Shown here: positions 58,949 through 64,000 of the stretch, piece after piece
Numbering within the stretch: the first letter of the stretch is position 1
Layout: every line of letters starts with the position of its first letter
Source: an uncultured delta proteobacterium
Lineage (GTDB): Bacteria > Myxococcota > Myxococcia > Myxococcales > Anaeromyxobacteraceae
Length of the DNA: 64,000 bases
NCBI GenBank assembly: GCA_963766715.1
Contig: CAVYBH010000008.1
Coordinates: forward strand, 480,001 to 544,000
Direction of reading: 5' to 3'
Notes under the pieces: generated by a model
The model's database searches: none
Told to the model about the DNA's origin: nothing
What the model saw: only the letters and a program-made list of their open reading frames with translations
Program-made: the position numbers and the translations under genes

Positions 58949-59980
58949 GTGCTCCTCCTGCGCGACGTCCGAAGCTCCGACCTGCCCGCGCTGCGGGCGC
59001 TGGCGCGCGTGCTCAACTCGGTGAACCTCCCGGCCGACGATCGGGCGCTGGCGGGCATCATCCAGAGGTCGGTCCGCAGCTTCGCGGGGCGCGTCGAGGA
59101 TCCCCTGAGGCGCAGCTACGTGTTCGTGCTGGAGGACCCGGCTCGCGGCCGCGTGCTGGGGACCTCCATGATCATCGCCCAGCACGGGACGCGCGAGTCG
59201 CCCTGCACCTTCCTCGACGTCACCGAGCGGGAGAGCTACTCCTCCACGCTCGATCGCCACTTCCGTCACCAGGTGCTCTCCATCGGCTTCCACTTCGACG
59301 GCCCCACCGAGATCGGCGGCCTGGTGGTGGACCCGCGGGTGCGCGGGAGCGAGGCCGAGCCGGGCAAGCAGCTCTCCTTCGTCCGCTTCCTCTTCATGGC
59401 CGCCTTCCCGGACCGGTTCCGCGAGAAGGTGCTCGCCGAGCTGATGCCGCCGCTCGTGAAGGACGGCAAGAGCCTCTTCTGGGAGAGCTTCGGGCGGCGC
59501 TTCACCGGGCTCGGCTACCAGGAGGCCGACAAGCTCTCCCGGCGGGGCAAGGAGTTCATCCAGCAGCTCTTCCCGGGGGGCGAGTTCTACGCCACCCTGC
59601 TCCCGCCGCGGGTGCAGCGGGCGCTCGGCAAGGTGGGGCGGAGCACCGAGCCCGCCCGGCGCATGCTGTCGCGCCTCGGCTTCCGCTACGTGAACCGCAT
59701 CGACCCCTTCGACGGGGGGCCGCACTACGAGGCCAGGCTGTCGGACGTCACGCTGGTGCGGGACCACCGCGAGCTCGCGCTCCACGCGGAGCCGCTCGGG
59801 CCGTCGGCGCGCGATCCCGAGGTCCTGGCCGGCGTCCTTCGCGCCGCGGGGACGAACCGCTTCCGCGCCGTGCGGACGCGGGCCCGGGTCTCGGGCGGCG
59901 CGGTGCGGCTTCCCCCGGACGCCCGCCGGATGCTCGGTGTGAAGCCGGGCGAGCCGATCCACCTCGTCCCGTTCACCTGA
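58949..59980 (+). CDS. astA: Arginine N-succinyltransferase
   Basis: NLPADD, DGPTEIGGL, GKQLSFVRFLFM, LAEL, FWES, IDPFDGGP. Confidence 0.88.
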   Translation: MLLLRDVRSSDLPALRALARVLNSVNLPADDRALAGIIQRSVRSFAGRVEDPLRRSYVFVLEDPARGRVLGTSMIIAQHGTRESPCTFLDVTERESYSSTLDRHFRHQVLSIGFHFDGPTEIGGLVVDPRVRGSEAEPGKQLSFVRFLFMAAFPDRFREKVLAELMPPLVKDGKSLFWESFGRRFTGLGYQEADKLSRRGKEFIQQLFPGGEFYATLLPPRVQRALGKVGRSTEPARRMLSRLGFRYVNRIDPFDGGPHYEARLSDVTLVRDHRELALHAEPLGPSARDPEVLAGVLRAAGTNRFRAVRTRARVSGGAVRLPPDARRMLGVKPGEPIHLVPFT

Positions 59981-60050
59981 CCCTTCCGGGACGGGCGCGG
60001 ACTTCGTCCGGGCCGTATCGAGCGCAGCGTCTCCCTCCAGGAGGTCGCAC

Positions 60051-60545
60051 ATGCGTCTTGCCCGCTCGGCTCCGTTCCTCGCCGCCTTCGCCGTTGCCCT
60101 CTCCCTCCCGATCGCCGTCCACGCGCAGGGCGCGCCGACGCCGTACGGCGCTCCCGTCACCACCGAGACCGCGAAGAAGGCCGCGGCCGCAGCGCTCGCC
60201 GAGGGGCGCAAGAACGGCTGGTACGTCGGCGCCGCGGTCGTCGACACCGGCGGGGTGCTCGTCTACTTCGAGCGCATCGAGGGGACCCAGAACGGCAGCT
60301 CCGACGTGGCGATCGAGAAGGCGCGCACCGCGGCGGCCTTCCGGCGCCCGTCGAAGGCCTTCGAGGACGTGGTGGCGAGCGGCAAGACGAACTACCTCAA
60401 GCTGCCCGGAACGGTCCCGATCGAGGGCGGCATCCCCCTCGTGGTGGACGGGAAGGTCGTCGGGGCGATCGGCGTGAGCGGCGCGACCTCGGCCCAGGAC
60501 GGGATCTGCGCCCGGGCGGGTGCGGACGCGCTGGGCGCGAAGTAG
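60051..60545 (+). CDS. GlcG/HbpS family heme-binding protein, exported
   Basis: Signal peptide, AVVDTGG, AIEKARTA, GGIPL, GAIGVSG. Confidence 0.9.
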   Translation: MRLARSAPFLAAFAVALSLPIAVHAQGAPTPYGAPVTTETAKKAAAAALAEGRKNGWYVGAAVVDTGGVLVYFERIEGTQNGSSDVAIEKARTAAAFRRPSKAFEDVVASGKTNYLKLPGTVPIEGGIPLVVDGKVVGAIGVSGATSAQDGICARAGADALGAK

Positions 60546-60552
60546 CTCGAGG

Positions 60553-60975
60553 CTACCGGCGGGGACGTCGCGGCGCGGGCTTTGCCTTGGCCTTCGCCTT
60601 CGCCGGGACCTTGGTCTTGGTCTTGGCCTTCTTCGCGGCCTTCGCCTTCGCCGCCCGCAGCGCCGCCTCCAGCGCGAGGCGCCCCCAGGGCTCCATGTCC
60701 TCGGGCGACTCGTGGGCCTCGTCCGGGGGGCGGAAGTAGTTCGTCTCCATCGTCTTCCCTCCTCCGGAGTAGACCCAGCGGCGACACCCCGCGTCCTCGA
60801 ACGCGGCGCGGGTCTCCGGGTCCGTCTTGAGGAAGATCTCGTCGTCGTCGACGAGCCCGATCATGAGGTCGCCGCAGTAGATTCCGTGCCCTCCGAACAT
60901 GGCGCGGGCCCGCACCGGTCCGAGGGGCTCGAGCAGGTCGACGGCGAAGGCGACGAAGGCGGGGGACTCGGGCAC
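60553..60975 (-). CDS. TfoX/Sxy N-terminal domain protein with Lys/Ala-rich tail
   Basis: RAMFGGHGIY, FLKTD, NYFRPP, tail AKAKAAKKAKTKTK. Confidence 0.85.
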   Translation of the reverse strand: MPESPAFVAFAVDLLEPLGPVRARAMFGGHGIYCGDLMIGLVDDDEIFLKTDPETRAAFEDAGCRRWVYSGGGKTMETNYFRPPDEAHESPEDMEPWGRLALEAALRAAKAKAAKKAKTKTKVPAKAKAKAKPAPRRPRR

Positions 60976-61019
60976 GTGGCACCTCCTCGACGGGTCGTTT
61001 GCGGCTTATAACGAGGCCG

Positions 61020-62269
61020 GTGGTCGCCCGCCCCTCCCCCGACGTCGTGCTCCTCTTCACGACGCGCACCTTGCGCCTCTTCGCCTACGGCTTCCTCGCC
61101 GTGGTGCTCGTCCTCTACCTCTCCGAGGCCGGGCTCTCCGAGGGGCGCATCGGCCTCCTGCTCTCCCTGACGCTGCTCGGGGACACCGCGCTCTCCCTCT
61201 GGATCACCACCCACGCCGACCGGATCGGGCGGCGCAAGATGCTCCTCCTCGGTGCGGCGATGATGATCCTCGCCGGCGTGCTCTTCGCCGCCACCACGTC
61301 GTTCTGGGTCCTGCTCCTCGCCGCCACCATCGGGATCATCAGCCCGGCCGGCAACGAGGTGGGACCGTTCCTGGCCATCGAGCAGGCGGCCCTGGCCCAG
61401 GCCGTTCCCGGGGAGCGGCGGACGCAGGTGTTCTCCTGGTACGCGCTGGCCGGGTCGTTCGCCACCGCGCTCGGATCGCTCTGCGGCGGCCTCCTCTCCC
61501 AGGGACTGCAGGCGCGCGGGGCGACCGCGCTTGCGGCGAACCGCGTCGTGGTGCTGGGCTACGCCGTCCTGGGCGCGGCGCTGCTCCTCCTCTTCACCCG
61601 CCTCGGGCCGTCCGCCGAGGCCCCCGCCTCGGGGCGCGAGCAGCGGCGCCCCTCCTTCCTCACCCCGGGGCTCGGGCTCCACGGATCGCGAAAGGTGGTC
61701 TTCCGGCTCTCCTCGCTCTTCGCGCTCGACGCCTTCGCCGGCGGCTTCGTCGTCCAGAGCTTCGTCGCCTGGTGGTTCCACGCGCGGTTCGGGGCCGACG
61801 AGGCCACGCTGGGCGCCATCTTCTTCGGGGCGAACGTGCTGGCCGGCGTGTCGGCCCTCTCGGCGGGGTGGCTGGCGAAGCGGTTCGGCCTCGTGAACAC
61901 GATGGTCTTCACGCACCTGCCGTCGAACGTGCTGCTCTTCCTCGTCCCGCTCATGCCCACGCTGCCGCTCGCCATCGGCGTGCTGCTGGCGCGCTTCTCC
62001 ATCTCGCAGATGGACGTGCCCACCCGGCAGTCCTACACGATGGCGGTGGTGGCGCCGGACGAGCGGTCGGCGGCGGCCGGCGTCACCGGGATCGCCCGCA
62101 CCATCGGCTCGTCCGTGGCGCCGCTGGCGGCGGGACCGCTCTTCGCGGTGCCCGCGCTGGCGAGCCTGCCCTTCTTCATCGCCGGCGGGCTGAAGATCCT
62201 CTACGACCTCCTGCTCTGGCGCGACTTCCGCCGGGTGACGCCGGAGGAGGAGCGGCGGAAGCGGCGTAG
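61020..62269 (+). CDS. MFS transporter
   Basis: ADRIGRR, EVGPFLAIEQA, DAFAGGF, THLPSN, SQMDVPTRQSY, LKILYDLLL. The end is uncertain (ORF track runs to 62612 over argB). Confidence 0.9.
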
Positions 62270-62278
62270 GGCGAGCCC

Positions 62279-63097
62279 TTACGCCTCGACGAGCACCGTC
62301 CCGACGCTGCCGGGCTCCTCGACGGCCCGGCGGAGGTCGCCCGGGGCGAGCCTTCCCACGATGACCACCGAGCGGGCCCCGTCCTTCAGCACCTCGAACG
62401 ACTCCTCGAGCTTGGGGATCATGCCGCCGGAGATCGAGCCGTCGGCCACGCCCTTCTCGAAGTCGGCGTGGGTGATGCGGGGAACGCGGCTCCCGGGGTC
62501 CTTCACGTCGCGAAGCACGCCCGGGGCCGAGGTCACGAGCACGAGCGCGTCGGCCCGGAGCGCCCCGGCCAGCTGGCTCGCCACCGTGTCGCCGTTGATG
62601 TTGAGCAGTTGACCGTCGCCGTCGCAGCCCAGGCAGGCCACCACGGGCACGTAGCCCCGGGCCCACAGGTCGCCGAAGAGCGGGAGGTTGAAGCCCACCA
62701 CCTCGCCGACGAGCCCCAGGTCCACCGGATCGGGGCCGGCGCCGGCCATGACCCGGGGCGGCCGCCGGCGCGCCACCACGGCATGCCCGCTCGCGCCGTG
62801 GAGCCCGACCCCGAGCACGCCGTTCGCGAGCAGCCGGGCGCAGACGTCGACGTTCACCTTCCCCGCCACCGCGTACTTCATCACCTCGAGGGTCTCGGGG
62901 TCGGTGAAGCGGCGCCCGGCCACCATGCGGGTCTCGAGCCCGAGCGCCTTCTGCAGCCCGGTGGCCTGGGGACCTCCGCCGTGGACCAGGCTGACCCGGT
63001 GCCCGTCCTCGACGAGCGCCCGCACGTCGCGTGCGATGGCGTCCATCTCGGGGGTGCCGGCCACCTCGCCGCCGATCTTCACCACGATGGTCTTCAA
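62279..63097 (-). CDS. argB: Acetylglutamate kinase
   Basis: VVKIGG, VHGGGPQ, GRRFTD, NINGDTVA, GGMIPK. TTG start inferred. Confidence 0.92.
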   Translation of the reverse strand: MKTIVVKIGGEVAGTPEMDAIARDVRALVEDGHRVSLVHGGGPQATGLQKALGLETRMVAGRRFTDPETLEVMKYAVAGKVNVDVCARLLANGVLGVGLHGASGHAVVARRRPPRVMAGAGPDPVDLGLVGEVVGFNLPLFGDLWARGYVPVVACLGCDGDGQLLNINGDTVASQLAGALRADALVLVTSAPGVLRDVKDPGSRVPRITHADFEKGVADGSISGGMIPKLEESFEVLKDGARSVVIVGRLAPGDLRRAVEEPGSVGTVLVEA

Positions 63098-63105
63098 GGG
63101 ATCTC

Positions 63106-64000
63106 CTACCGGCGGGGAGCGGCCGGCGCGGGCGCGGAACGGGAGGACGGGGCGGGAGCCGGGGCGGAGCGCGGCGCCGGCGCCGAGTACCTGGGCGCGG
63201 CGCCCGACGGGGTCGAGTAGCGCGGCGCAGGTCCGGGAGGCCGCGGGCCGGGAGCCGTGCCGGGGCGAGGCGGAGGAGGCCGGTACCCCGGGTAGTAGGG
63301 CTGCGGCCCCGGGTAGTAGGGAGGGCGTCCGGGGTAGTAGGGAGGCGCGTAGGCCGGGCCCCAGTACGACGGGTAGCCCCACCAGGGCGCGCCACCCCAG
63401 CCCGGCGCGCCGACCCAGCCCGGGCCCCAGAACGGCCCCCAGGCGGGCGGCGCGATCCAGACGTTCACGTACGGTGCAGGGGAAGGAACCACCGTCACGA
63501 CGTCGGCGCCGAAGTCCCCGCCGGGCACGGCGACCGCGCCCTGCTGTCCGGCCTGCTGTCCGGCCGCGGCCTGGGCCGCCGCCTCGTCGGCCGACTTCTG
63601 CTCGGCCGCCCCGATCCCGAAGGGGTCGGCGTTCGGCGTGGGCGGGGGCGGTGGCGGAGAGGGCTGGCCCGCCGTGGAGCCCGCCGCCCCGGGCGCCTGG
63701 GCGATCTCGTCGGACGCCTGCTCGGGGCGCTGCTCCAGGATGAAGGTCGCGCCGCCGGGGTCGGCGACCACCGCGAACTGCGGCCCCTTCGCGCCCGGCG
63801 TGCGGAGCACGCGGCCGCCGAGCTCGGTGACCTTGGCGAGCGCGACCGGCAGGTCCTTCACCACCACGTAGGGCAGCCACTGGGCCGGGACCTTCTCGAA
63901 GGGCATCCGCGCCGCCCGCGCCCGGGGGCGGCCGCTCGACGCGTAGATCCAGGTGGCCGACGCCCCGCTGCCGACCTGCCAGGTGTCGTAGCCGACCACC
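63106..64000 (-). CDS. VOC/glyoxalase-like domain protein with long Pro/Gly/Tyr/Trp-rich C-terminal tail (5' truncated by window)
   Basis: WLPYVVVKD, LGGRVL, AVVADPGGATF, followed by a low-complexity tail. Confidence 0.7.
   Translation of the reverse strand, partial: VVGYDTWQVGSGASATWIYASSGRPRARAARMPFEKVPAQWLPYVVVKDLPVALAKVTELGGRVLRTPGAKGPQFAVVADPGGATFILEQRPEQASDEIAQAPGAAGSTAGQPSPPPPPPTPNADPFGIGAAEQKSADEAAAQAAAGQQAGQQGAVAVPGGDFGADVVTVVPSPAPYVNVWIAPPAWGPFWGPGWVGAPGWGGAPWWGYPSYWGPAYAPPYYPGRPPYYPGPQPYYPGYRPPPPRPGTAPGPRPPGPAPRYSTPSGAAPRYSAPAPRSAPAPAPSSRSAPAPAAPRR

Noticed and set aside
63287..63342. Short direct repeats considered as a possible CRISPR array
   Set aside because: There are only three ~12-nt units at 21-nt period encoding PYYPG, with no spacer structure and no cas genes.

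Overview
Very GC-rich bacterial chromosome segment, by gene content and style most like Anaeromyxobacter/Myxococcota (inference). About 58 CDS are supported: hemW-like (partial), a tandem pair of large TPR/DUF3857/transglutaminase-like exported proteins, comF-like, gpmI, rlmH, a ~12 kb mixed block (EEP lipoprotein, DsbA/FrnE-like selenoprotein, mgsA, TSUP, cupin, VOC, YdeI, SIMPL, nifJ, gltS), rsfS-proA-proB, YcaQ-like and hflX, an OPT transporter, two small membrane ORFs, a Ser/Thr kinase, a GT2, an eight-gene shikimate/chorismate operon, a Liv-type ABC transporter with two acyl-CoA ligases, hit, dtd, astA, an MFS transporter and argB. Many genes, including core ones, carry single frameshifts that are most likely sequencing indels. 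I saw no rRNA, tRNA, CRISPR array or IS element. The main findings are a UxxC selenoprotein with a SECIS-like hairpin that the ORF track missed, a recurring TANNNT -10 box 6-8 nt before start codons (probable leaderless mRNAs), an active/inactive transglutaminase-like gene pair, a stand-alone sigma70 region 4-like protein, two similar unannotated small membrane proteins, and histone-H1-like Lys/Ala tails on three unrelated proteins.
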